Shown one piece after another: positions 24,456-31,303 of a DNA stretch of 31,303 nt. The DNA comes from a virus: positions 1 through 31,303 of the IMG/VR virus record IMGVR_UViG_646311906_000001. One strand, written 5' to 3'. The notes below the pieces were generated by a model. The model saw nothing but the letters and a program-made list of their open reading frames with translations. It ran no database searches and was not told the DNA's origin. Position 1 is the first letter of the stretch; each line of letters begins with the position of its first letter. The translations under genes and the position numbers were made by a program.

Positions 24456-24897
24456 CGTAATCACCCATTATCTGATGCTTAAGCTTGATAGCGCCTAAAG
24501 GAGATCGAGTTGTAACTTCCCAAGCACGTGGCTTTTGAGTTGGATCGATAGTTCTCAGAAAACGTAGAGAACGCTCTATGGTCTCGTCGAGGGCCTTAAT
24601 GGAATCGACGACTTTCTCAGCCCCTTCCTCAAGTTGCTCGTAGTACTTCTCAATTCCCTTCTTGACGAAGTTGAAGTGGTTCTTATGCCGGCTGATGTTT
24701 TGCTTCGATAGACCGGGAATTTTGTCCTTGAACTTTGCGATGATTTCGGAGTAAGGTCTTCCTTCGATGAGCATCTGATTGATCTCGTGGACATAAGGGG
24801 AACGGCAGATCTTGCATCTCGGATTCGGATGGAACTCCACATCGAATTCATCACGGTTGTCACGCTCAGCATTACCCCCATCACGCTCGTCACGCAT
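24391..24897 (-). CDS. terS: Terminase small subunit (probable)
   Basis: CKIC...HTH...SRHKNH N-terminus, helical C-terminus, directly upstream of and overlapping TerL. Confidence 0.7.
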   Translation of the reverse strand: MRDERDGGNAERDNRDEFDVEFHPNPRCKICRSPYVHEINQMLIEGRPYSEIIAKFKDKIPGLSKQNISRHKNHFNFVKKGIEKYYEQLEEGAEKVVDSIKALDETIERSLRFLRTIDPTQKPRAWEVTTRSPLGAIKLKHQIMGDYDETEDLLKEIFGQNDIEEVED

Positions 24898-24915
24898 GGA
24901 ACGTTATAATGTATG

Positions 24916-24924
24916 GGACTTTAA
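24916..24924 (-). promoter_or_regulatory. Late promoter motif for the terminase operon
   Basis: TTAAAGTCC-N18-ATG(24897). Confidence 0.75.
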
Positions 24925-24943
24925 GAGCAATTCAACACGAAAA

Positions 24944-25217
24944 TTGTATACAACCGTCATTAAATTAATCGGCGATCGATAAAAATCGAGAGCGGTTTAT
25001 TTCCAAAAAGAAGAGATCAACCTTAGAGGGGTTAATGGGTTGTTGTATACAAAAGTATACTATAAGAGTATGCAAAAGTATACAAGCCGATATTTTTGTA
25101 TACTATATTATATTATTCCTCTTTTCTCTTCTTTTGGTAAATACTCTTTTCTATGATTTTTTTAAGAAGAACGAATTTTAATAGCGTTTATCGTTGCTGT
25201 ATACTTTTGTATACAAC
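24944..25217. repeat. GTATAC repeat cluster with a 19-bp inverted repeat around an AT-rich core (origin-like)
   Basis: GTATAC at 24946, 25045, 25055, 25078, 25098, 25199, 25209. GTTGTATACAAAAGTATAC (25042-25060) is inverted at 25199-25217. Confidence 0.85.
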
Positions 25218-25266
25218 CACCAAATGCCCCTCCCAGAACTGCAAAAATTCGCATGTGAAAAAGAGG

Positions 25267-25518
25267 TCAGTTGAGATGGTCTAAATCAGTCAAACAATCT
25301 TCAAAAATTTTAACAATATCCGTAGCGCAGTCTCCGAGCTTATCAGTTATATCGAGGAGCTTTTTTAAGAGGTCCGGATTGTCGGTAGCGAGTTCCTTGG
25401 CAATCTTAGCAATCATATCTTGAGCGGTATTGACAGCTGCCAAACAATCTTTTCTATACCCTAAGAGCTTTCCTCTCAGTTTTTCCCGGTGTATAACTTC
25501 ATCTAACTTACTCACCAT
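25267..25518 (-). CDS. Hypothetical helical protein
   Basis: 83 aa, GAGGAG RBS, overlaps the upstream stop. Confidence 0.65.
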   Translation of the reverse strand: MVSKLDEVIHREKLRGKLLGYRKDCLAAVNTAQDMIAKIAKELATDNPDLLKKLLDITDKLGDCATDIVKIFEDCLTDLDHLN

Positions 25519-26105
25519 AGCTGAGCTCCTCCTCTAAATCCGGCATCCGACGGTTCCCTCTTTTTTGGGCGATCTAAATGCTGCAATAGCATCCTGTAAA
25601 ATTGGTAGTAGGAGGTTTGTGCGAGCAGATCCTCAATAGCGTATAGCATCTCCCGCTCTTCTTCTGATAAGATAGCCCACTTCCCTCTTTTTGCCTCCCT
25701 ATTTACCAGAGCTAACAGGAAGCATCTGAGCGTTCTCTTCAAATCTTCCCAAACTTTCTTGAATTCCTTCTCATCCAGCGTTGTTAAGGATTCGATGTCA
25801 AATGTTATCGAGCTCTTTTTACTCTCTTTTAGCAGTTCTATCTCCCGCCTTAGTTGCTCATTCTCCTCCTTGAGCTTCTCATAGTCTTCCGCCTTGACAA
25901 CAGTTTCTTTGGCGAGTTCTATCAGCTTCTTAGCCTCCTCTATGAAATCCTTGTGTTGGTGCTTTTCGTAGGTGTCTAACAGTATTTGCATCAGGTCCTG
26001 ATCCCTAATGTTTTTCCCGAACTTCTTCGCATATTGCTCTTTGATCTTGTTAATCTTGTACCTCTGATCAAAAGTTACTTTCACAGTTGAGAATCCACCT
26101 GCCAT
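25512..26105 (-). CDS. RHH-like N-terminus plus coiled-coil protein (start probably ATG 26105)
   Basis: STVKVTFDQRYKI...QDLMQILLD pattern followed by a long coiled coil. Confidence 0.55.
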   Translation of the reverse strand: MAGGFSTVKVTFDQRYKINKIKEQYAKKFGKNIRDQDLMQILLDTYEKHQHKDFIEEAKKLIELAKETVVKAEDYEKLKEENEQLRREIELLKESKKSSITFDIESLTTLDEKEFKKVWEDLKRTLRCFLLALVNREAKRGKWAILSEEEREMLYAIEDLLAQTSYYQFYRMLLQHLDRPKKREPSDAGFRGGAQLW

Positions 26106-26116
26106 TCTCAACCCCC

Positions 26117-26278
26117 TTAACGAGACTCTAAAAACCCCTCATCCTCAACCCAGCAGACCTTGCACTCCTCGCAGAAGTGGTACTTCACATTGCCGAGCGT
26201 GATAGTGTCTATTTCGTGCCCGCAGGTGGGTTTTCCTCGTTTAATAATGTAGCCGGGTGGTAGAATCAGTTTACTCAT
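26117..26278 (-). CDS. 53-aa Cys-rich zinc-ribbon-like protein, missing from the ORF track
   Basis: MSKLILPPGYIIKRGKPTCGHEIDTITLGNVKYHFCEECKVCWVEDEGFLESR. GGAGG RBS, overlaps the upstream stop. Confidence 0.7.
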   Translation of the reverse strand: MSKLILPPGYIIKRGKPTCGHEIDTITLGNVKYHFCEECKVCWVEDEGFLESR

Positions 26279-26585
26279 CAGAATCGCCTCCGTTCCACGA
26301 AATCCTCGAAGAAAGAACTTTTTCTGCTACTTCCCTCGCTTTACGATACAAACCGTTGTTTTTTGCGCTTCCTCCTCTACCTGTTCTCAGCAGGTAGTAC
26401 AATGTAGCATGTAGCTCGCATCCTCTATTCTGCCAGATCATTTTTGCGTGACATGCCAAGCTCTTCCTTACAGGTTTGCCGCATATCGGACAAACGGAGG
26501 AGTTATGGCTGTGCATGTAGTGTTCTTTGATTGCTGGGAGTGTTTCGAACGATTGAGGGCATTCAGGGCAGTAATACACGAGCAT
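26271..26585 (-). CDS. Double C2H2 zinc-finger protein
   Basis: CPECPQSF...KEHYMHSH and CPICGK...ACH; typical of archaeal viruses. Confidence 0.8.
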   Translation of the reverse strand: MLVYYCPECPQSFETLPAIKEHYMHSHNSSVCPICGKPVRKSLACHAKMIWQNRGCELHATLYYLLRTGRGGSAKNNGLYRKAREVAEKVLSSRISWNGGDSDE

Positions 26586-26602
26586 CACCACGAAAAAATA
26601 TG

Positions 26603-27511
26603 TTAAGGCTCTACAACCTCACGAAGTCCTGTCAACGTTAGCACGAGCTTGGCCTCGATAGCTTCCTTGATGACTTTCTGCTCGAAAGCCGGGCTGATTA
26701 CTTTCTTCAAAGCGTTTCTTATGGCCTTGCTGGCTAAAGTCGTGAAGAAGAACTCCTTATTTGAGACTCTCTCAGCGAATCCCATCGTCTGAATGTTTCT
26801 GGCCGTATCTCTGACTATTGCCTTAGCGACGGTCTTATCGCCGGTCTGTTCGAACTTGACATCAACGATCTCGATGTTGCCCTGATAAAGCATCGCCTGA
26901 ATCCAGCCTCTTATCGATAGCTCGTATCTCACTCCGTTCTTAGTTTTGATTTCATAGACGAGAGGAGCGGATCCTGCAACGTAGTCTTTTATGGCGATCT
27001 GCTCGTCTAAGTCGTCGAGCTTTCTTATCAGCTGCAGTTCCATAGCCTGCGCCGATCTAACCATGTTCATGGCTTTCTTCTTGCCGAGTTCCGGAGTATC
27101 CCTTGTAGCATTCGGCTTAACTTTAACGGGCTCGACCTTCACCACGACAGCATCTTTGGCTATGTCCTTAGCAATCTTCTCGGCATCCTGCTTGAGCAGG
27201 TATTCCATGAATGCATCTTCCTCTTCTTCATCTTCCTCCGACTCTTCTAAGCTTTCGAGCTGGTGGACTGCCAAAGATTTAATGTGTATGCAGGGCTGTT
27301 CGTGGTATTGGTTACAGGTGCAACGTCCCCAGACTTCGGCATTCTTTTTATCTACTCTTACTTGCGTTGTCACATCGCCGAACTTTGCGGTGATTATCCC
27401 GTTGGTGTTCTGGATCTCTTTAACTTCCAACAGCTTATCTTTCTCGTTCTCCCTAACTCCCTCAAACAAGAGGAGGGGATACGCTTTTGCCTCTAACTTC
27501 GTGATTTCCAT
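26603..27511 (-). CDS. SWIM zinc finger plus Rad52/Sak-like single-strand annealing domain (probable)
   Basis: SWIM motif CTC...PCIH; acidic linker; C-terminal AKAIVRD...GFAE...LASKAIRNAL. Confidence 0.55.
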   Translation of the reverse strand: MEITKLEAKAYPLLLFEGVRENEKDKLLEVKEIQNTNGIITAKFGDVTTQVRVDKKNAEVWGRCTCNQYHEQPCIHIKSLAVHQLESLEESEEDEEEEDAFMEYLLKQDAEKIAKDIAKDAVVVKVEPVKVKPNATRDTPELGKKKAMNMVRSAQAMELQLIRKLDDLDEQIAIKDYVAGSAPLVYEIKTKNGVRYELSIRGWIQAMLYQGNIEIVDVKFEQTGDKTVAKAIVRDTARNIQTMGFAERVSNKEFFFTTLASKAIRNALKKVISPAFEQKVIKEAIEAKLVLTLTGLREVVEP

Positions 27512-27521
27512 CTAAATCACC

Positions 27522-27755
27522 TCACACATCCAGTTTTTGATCCAGCGGAACGAGAACGAGCTTGAAGCCCTGCTTTAATGCGAAACCGTCAATCCTCTCA
27601 TCCTCTGACTTTATGGAAACCTTAACTTCGACAGACGGATTACCTACGAGCTCACCTTCGAGAACGACTTTGTTGATGTCCGTGTCGCCCTTACTCAGAG
27701 ATTTCTGCGATGTCGTGACTTCTACAACGCTAACTTTAAACTCCAAATCCTCCAA
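27522..27755 (-). CDS. Small beta-rich hypothetical protein (possible OB-fold SSB)
   Basis: 77 aa of alternating beta pattern, GGAGGTG RBS, adjacent to the annealase-like gene. Confidence 0.55.
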   Translation of the reverse strand: MEDLEFKVSVVEVTTSQKSLSKGDTDINKVVLEGELVGNPSVEVKVSIKSEDERIDGFALKQGFKLVLVPLDQKLDV

Positions 27756-27774
27756 ACTTCACCACCTCCAAGAG

Positions 27775-28152
27775 TTAAGAAATAACATCGATGCCGACTT
27801 TCTCAAGGATCTCTCTATTGCTATTCCATCCATTTCTCGAATAGAATTCTAAGAATGGCTTTAGCTTGTTATATTCCTCTAATCTTCTATGTAATTCTCC
27901 CAAGAACATTTGGAAGCGCATTTCAACAAATCTTATCAGTTTCTTTGGATCCTCTTCAAGATGTTTCGGTCCCCTAACAACGAATTTGAAGTTTCCTCTG
28001 TAATCCCATTCTTTTAATTGAATGTCTAACTCCCATATACTCTCTCCATAGTCCTTCACCAACTTTCTTACAAACTCTACAACCTCTTCTATCGGCAACT
28101 CAAATGTGTTTACCAGCGCCTCAACTACAACCTCAGGAACTATAACTTTCAT
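27775..28152 (-). CDS. Hypothetical protein
   Basis: 125 aa, GGAGGTGGAG RBS, ATGA coupling. Confidence 0.7.
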   Translation of the reverse strand: MKVIVPEVVVEALVNTFELPIEEVVEFVRKLVKDYGESIWELDIQLKEWDYRGNFKFVVRGPKHLEEDPKKLIRFVEMRFQMFLGELHRRLEEYNKLKPFLEFYSRNGWNSNREILEKVGIDVIS

Positions 28153-28706
28153 CTACTCCACCTCCTAACATTTTTCGAATTAAATAAAAAATTAAAATTC
28201 AACAAATCTTTAACAGGTATTGCGTAAGCTGTGGAAAATCTGAGGCTTTTTACGTGGTAATTCTTGATTTCTTCGGCTGGGATCCAGCCTAAAAGTACTA
28301 TCCGTGTCAATGTTTTGTTTACAGCCACGAAAACGACACAGTAGTTGTAATCTTTCTTTGACAAGTATTGGTCCGTGTTGTAGTAAACCTCCTGAACGTT
28401 GTCAACTCTCCTGACTCTCTGGGTTTTTACCTCTACGAGAATTGGCTCTCCGCTTACTAAAATAACAAAGTCGTCTTTGCCGTTGAGTTTTCTATAATCC
28501 TGTCTAAACGGGCTATGTAGGATTTTAACGCCGTTTTCGTGGCAGAATGCCTCAAAAGCTAATTCCCCTATCTTTCCCACGAAATGCTGGATTATCCCTC
28601 CGCCGAATCTCGGTTTAAATCCCTTCTCGTAACTGTCAAAAACCGTGATAAAAGCGTACCTAATGGCTTTTTCGTATAATTGAACGTGAGGAGGGATCTC
28701 AATCAT
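28149..28706 (-). CDS. PD-(D/E)XK nuclease-like protein
   Basis: GKIGELA...DDF...VEVKT motif. Confidence 0.7.
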   Translation of the reverse strand: MIEIPPHVQLYEKAIRYAFITVFDSYEKGFKPRFGGGIIQHFVGKIGELAFEAFCHENGVKILHSPFRQDYRKLNGKDDFVILVSGEPILVEVKTQRVRRVDNVQEVYYNTDQYLSKKDYNYCVVFVAVNKTLTRIVLLGWIPAEEIKNYHVKSLRFSTAYAIPVKDLLNFNFLFNSKNVRRWSR

Positions 28707-29404
28707 AGTAAATCAACCTCACAGTCAAAAAGATCGTATCTTACACGTAGATTGTGCGCTATCAGCCCTTGAGGTTTTAGAATGTCATAGAGGTAGCTTA
28801 ATCTGTAGAGGTCCGCTTTCAGATGTTCTTCAATCGCAACCCAGTTACCTTCCTCAACAAGCTTTGGAATCTCGGATCCATCACAATCATCGTAGTTGAT
28901 GCCCAAAGCTGAGCAAACGTCTTTCATCTTTGCTCTGCCGTTGTTGAGCCAATATCTTGAAATGATGTGCATTAGATCGACTCTTGGAAGCTCCCTGAGA
29001 AGCCCAGCCAAACCTAAAACACTTCTTAATCTTCGAAGCTGCCTGAAAGTTGAATCTCTTATTGAATAATGCCTGTATAGAATCGCACTTCTTGCCGAAA
29101 TGAATCCTAAATCGAAGCCGATATTGTATCCTACGAGCAGAAGACTTCTGCCATCATCTCTATGGAATATTATTAGATTCTGGAGAGTGTTGTGAAGTTC
29201 GAGCAAAGCTGTGAGTTCTTTTTCTTCGCTGTACTTCCCATCCTCTTCAGCGAGCCAGATCTTGGTATCAGTAGTGACTTCATACTCGTCTTCGAAAATC
29301 TCCTCACGTACACGAATACCAATAGCAACAATCCTGTCCTCTAACGACTTGAGCCCCGTAGTCTCGATGTCAAAGAATATTGGATAAAAACGGACAAATC
29401 TCAT
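28703..29404 (-). CDS. DEDD 3'-5' exonuclease (PolB-exo/RNase H-like); start probably ATG 29404
   Basis: ExoI FFDIETTG, ExoII GYNIGFD, ExoIII HLKAD. GAGGTGA RBS. Confidence 0.85.
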   Translation of the reverse strand: MRFVRFYPIFFDIETTGLKSLEDRIVAIGIRVREEIFEDEYEVTTDTKIWLAEEDGKYSEEKELTALLELHNTLQNLIIFHRDDGRSLLLVGYNIGFDLGFISARSAILYRHYSIRDSTFRQLRRLRSVLGLAGLLRELPRVDLMHIISRYWLNNGRAKMKDVCSALGINYDDCDGSEIPKLVEEGNWVAIEEHLKADLYRLSYLYDILKPQGLIAHNLRVRYDLFDCEVDLL

Positions 29405-29409
29405 TGTTC

Positions 29410-29574
29410 TCACCTCGCAGGCTCAAATTTGCGGCAGCAATCGTTAGCTACAGTCATTCGCTTCCAATAGGCGCAGTAACCGATGTGCTCCGAATCTGGA
29501 ACCGGCTTGAAGGCCCTGCAGAGTATGCAGCGCTTGTGTGTAGTTTTCTTCTTGAGAATCGGGAACAGCATCAT
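29410..29574 (-). CDS. 54-aa Cys-rich protein, missing from the ORF track
   Basis: MMLFPILKKKTTHKRCILCRAFKPVPDSEHIGYCAYWKRMTVANDCCRKFEPAR. ATGA overlap upstream and contains the next gene's RBS. Confidence 0.75.
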   Translation of the reverse strand: MMLFPILKKKTTHKRCILCRAFKPVPDSEHIGYCAYWKRMTVANDCCRKFEPAR

Positions 29575-30203
29575 TTGCCCCACCCGCTATCGATAAGCTC
29601 CCTCTCCGCTCTCAGCTGGTTTTTCAGGTCCTCGTATATGCTGAAGTCCTCCGGTTTGACGAGAATCAGCTTCTTTCCATCGATACGGAGATCCCCGCCG
29701 AAAGTAGCATGGGTGAAGATTCTCATAATGTATTGTGCGAATGCCTTCGCTCTCACTCCCAGTTCGTTCATAACCTGCCTCAGTTCGAATTCGGTCGATC
29801 TCTCCGGTAATTTCTCCCAGATTTCCATCAATGTCGATCTCGGGAGCCTCTTGAGAGTCGTGTAGCCTATAACGTCTTTTCGGACAATGGCGAACTCGTC
29901 TTTTTCCTCATCGTACAGATATCCTACTTTTTCCGTGATCCAGATAACCGGATCTTTCCCATTTCCGGGCTGTTCCTCAACCTCTTCTTGCTCCTCTTGT
30001 GCTGCTTTAATCAATCCATCGTCCCTGATCTCTTCTTCCTTGACCTCAGTCTCCTTGATAAGCCCCATTCTCTCGTAGACCTTAATTTTGATTGCTTCGA
30101 GCTCTTCAGCGATGTCTTTGTAAGCTGGAACCTCGTAGAACTTCGTCGTTGCGAACTCTAAGTGTCTTACAGCATCGGCGAGAAGTTGAGCCTGCTTATA
30201 CAC
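29571..30203 (-). CDS. Hypothetical protein with an acidic linker and possible C-terminal winged helix (start probably GTG 30203)
   Basis: Helical N-domain, EEQEEVEEQ linker, C-terminal helix-helix-wing pattern. Confidence 0.6.
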   Translation of the reverse strand: MYKQAQLLADAVRHLEFATTKFYEVPAYKDIAEELEAIKIKVYERMGLIKETEVKEEEIRDDGLIKAAQEEQEEVEEQPGNGKDPVIWITEKVGYLYDEEKDEFAIVRKDVIGYTTLKRLPRSTLMEIWEKLPERSTEFELRQVMNELGVRAKAFAQYIMRIFTHATFGGDLRIDGKKLILVKPEDFSIYEDLKNQLRAERELIDSGWGK

Positions 30204-30226
30204 GAAAACCACCCCACACGAAAAAA

Positions 30227-30514
30227 TTAGAGAAGATCCTGAGCCTTGTCCAGCCCTAATAACTGCCTCGCTTCCTCTTTCGATATGAGGCCCATGTTAT
30301 ACAGGTGCGCTACCAGATACGCATCGAACTTCGATGAGCTATTGGGAGTTGAGGGAAAGCCCAGCTCCTTGTTCATTTCCCTGTATAGAACCTCTTTGAC
30401 TTCTCCGAGTAGATCTGCGGCTTCGTAGAATCCGTTTTTCTGCATGTCTGCTATGAGCTCGTTGATTTTCCCTAAGTAATCGCTGATTTTCATTAACTTG
30501 CGGTCGCTGATCAT
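30227..30514 (-). CDS. Hypothetical protein with a C-terminal UPF0175-like HTH motif
   Basis: LYNMGLISKEEARQLLGL. Confidence 0.6.
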   Translation of the reverse strand: MISDRKLMKISDYLGKINELIADMQKNGFYEAADLLGEVKEVLYREMNKELGFPSTPNSSSKFDAYLVAHLYNMGLISKEEARQLLGLDKAQDLL

Positions 30515-30515
30515 T

Positions 30516-31067
30516 TCACATCACCGCCGGATCTATCTCGTCGTAGAACTGGCTGAGATCCTTCGAAATGATTGAAAACAGGGCGATGCCGCTGATTTCC
30601 AAGTTGAAGTCTATGCTCGCATGAGGCAGGTTTCTTTTCTCAGCCTCCCTCTTTCTATCCTCGAAATAATGAATGTCGTCGACAATTCTGAAAAATCGAT
30701 CAATAGCATCTTCGAGCTTCTCTCTCAGCTCTTCCTCTTCCGTCTTTTCCTTCAAAACAATCCTACCGTTCTCGACGACGGCATAGGGCTTTCTCAGTTC
30801 CGTTAGTTTGCTCCTGAGCGGCTTTGGAACGTTGACATAATAGCACGTTGGCAATCCGTCCCATCTTCTCGGAATCCACATTTTTAGCTTTAATCCGTTC
30901 TCTGACGGCTTTAGAACAATTTCTCCATTCTCTTCGTCTATTTCAACGCTGTCGCTGTTAAGGTGGCTCAAAATCGCTGGATCAAGTCTTAGTCTCGTTC
31001 CCTTGTTGCTCACTCCAACCCAAAACTCTCTTATATTCTTCCTCTCAACTACCTCTACCGCTTGCAT
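30516..31067 (-). CDS. Tandem AbrB-like domain plus coiled-coil protein
   Basis: Two repeats of strand-P-helix-hairpin (RLRLDPAILSHL...NGEIVLKP; YVNVPKPLRSKL...NGRIVLKE). Confidence 0.6.
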   Translation of the reverse strand: MQAVEVVERKNIREFWVGVSNKGTRLRLDPAILSHLNSDSVEIDEENGEIVLKPSENGLKLKMWIPRRWDGLPTCYYVNVPKPLRSKLTELRKPYAVVENGRIVLKEKTEEEELREKLEDAIDRFFRIVDDIHYFEDRKREAEKRNLPHASIDFNLEISGIALFSIISKDLSQFYDEIDPAVM

Positions 31068-31303
31068 GTCTTAACACCCCCTTCCTCCTCCCCAACCACT
31101 CTGGAATGAGGGGAGGAGCCTGATACACCCTGAGAATCGATAAATCTCCTTATGAAATCTCTAAGAGCGTCAGAAATGCTTAGATACCTGCCAGATTTCT
31201 TTAAAGCTCTCTTGAAAGCTTCGTATTCGGCTTCTGTTACATATACTTGGATTTTTGTCATTTTAACAGTGTCATTTTTAGCGTTTTTAATTACGTTATC
31301 CAT
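31055..31303 (-). CDS. Ribbon-helix-helix (CopG-like) regulator
   Basis: TKIQVYVTEAEYEAFKR...SISDALRDFIRRFI. An alternative start is ATG 31261. Confidence 0.8.
   Translation of the reverse strand: MDNVIKNAKNDTVKMTKIQVYVTEAEYEAFKRALKKSGRYLSISDALRDFIRRFIDSQGVSGSSPHSRVVGEEEGGVKTCKR

Larger units (their letters stand above)
1..31303. mobile_element. Temperate archaeal myovirus-type provirus/virus genome (near complete; ends not visible)
   Basis: Integrase plus a complete ordered head, neck, contractile tail and baseplate gene set. Archaeal RBS (GAGGTGA) and TATA promoters. No att repeats seen inside the window. Confidence 0.95.

Noticed and set aside
24944-25217. CRISPR mini-array interpretation of the repeats
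   Set aside because: Repeats are 6-19 bp, partly inverted and irregularly spaced, with no repeat-spacer periodicity.
26123-26134. TTTTTAGAGTCT 18 nt before ATG 26105
   Set aside because: The TATA core is broken, it lies within the 53-aa ORF, and the gene has an RBS. Not counted in the regulon.
27522-27545. C-terminal QKLDV as a PCNA-binding PIP box
   Set aside because: Lacks the aromatic pair of the consensus; too weak to claim.
26589-30226. CACGAAAA(AA) motif at 26589, 30201 and 30217 (also about 24936)
   Set aside because: Short, few copies, and explainable as T-tract terminators next to RBS or start codons.
2184-30806. Many alternative-frame and antisense ORFs in the track (e.g. 2184-2525, 7674-8150, 10003-10371, 12503-13240, 17357-17896, 23328-23798, 26991-27515, 29380-29865)
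   Set aside because: They shadow well-supported minus-strand genes and lack RBS or motifs.

Overview
The window is almost entirely one temperate archaeal head-tail virus (Caudoviricetes, contractile-tailed), probably a provirus. The host is inferred to be a hyperthermophilic euryarchaeon (Archaeoglobi-like), from GGAGGTGA ribosome-binding sites, TATA boxes, K/E-rich proteins, a DUF2341 domain and the absence of an endolysin. Layout: tyrosine integrase on + at 1-630 (N-terminus likely cut off), then a long minus-strand array. Read from the right end, that array holds early regulators, a nuclease/recombination module, an origin-like repeat region (24.9-25.2 kb), TerS/TerL, portal, MuF, protease-scaffold, DUF2190, HK97 capsid, neck, sheath, tube, chaperone, tape measure, baseplate and a tail fibre. 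Three plus-strand accessory genes interrupt it. Main observations: (1) a late promoter motif, TTTAAAGTCY-N18-ATG, with near-invariant spacing at 11 sites, which also exposes a nested scaffold gene and a 14-codon uORF; (2) MuF with a C-terminal DUF4258/BECR-like RNase domain, coupled to an AbrB-like putative immunity gene; (3) a TTT-CGA +1 frameshift in the tail chaperone; (4) an AT-rich cassette with a TIR/NDT-like protein, a wHTH and a DUF3467-like gene; (5) a GTATAC repeat cluster with a 19-bp inverted repeat but no recognisable replication initiator; (6) a C/D-box/K-loop-like hairpin downstream of the integrase. All family calls come from motif recognition by eye; no database search was run. 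No att site, tRNA or CRISPR array was seen.
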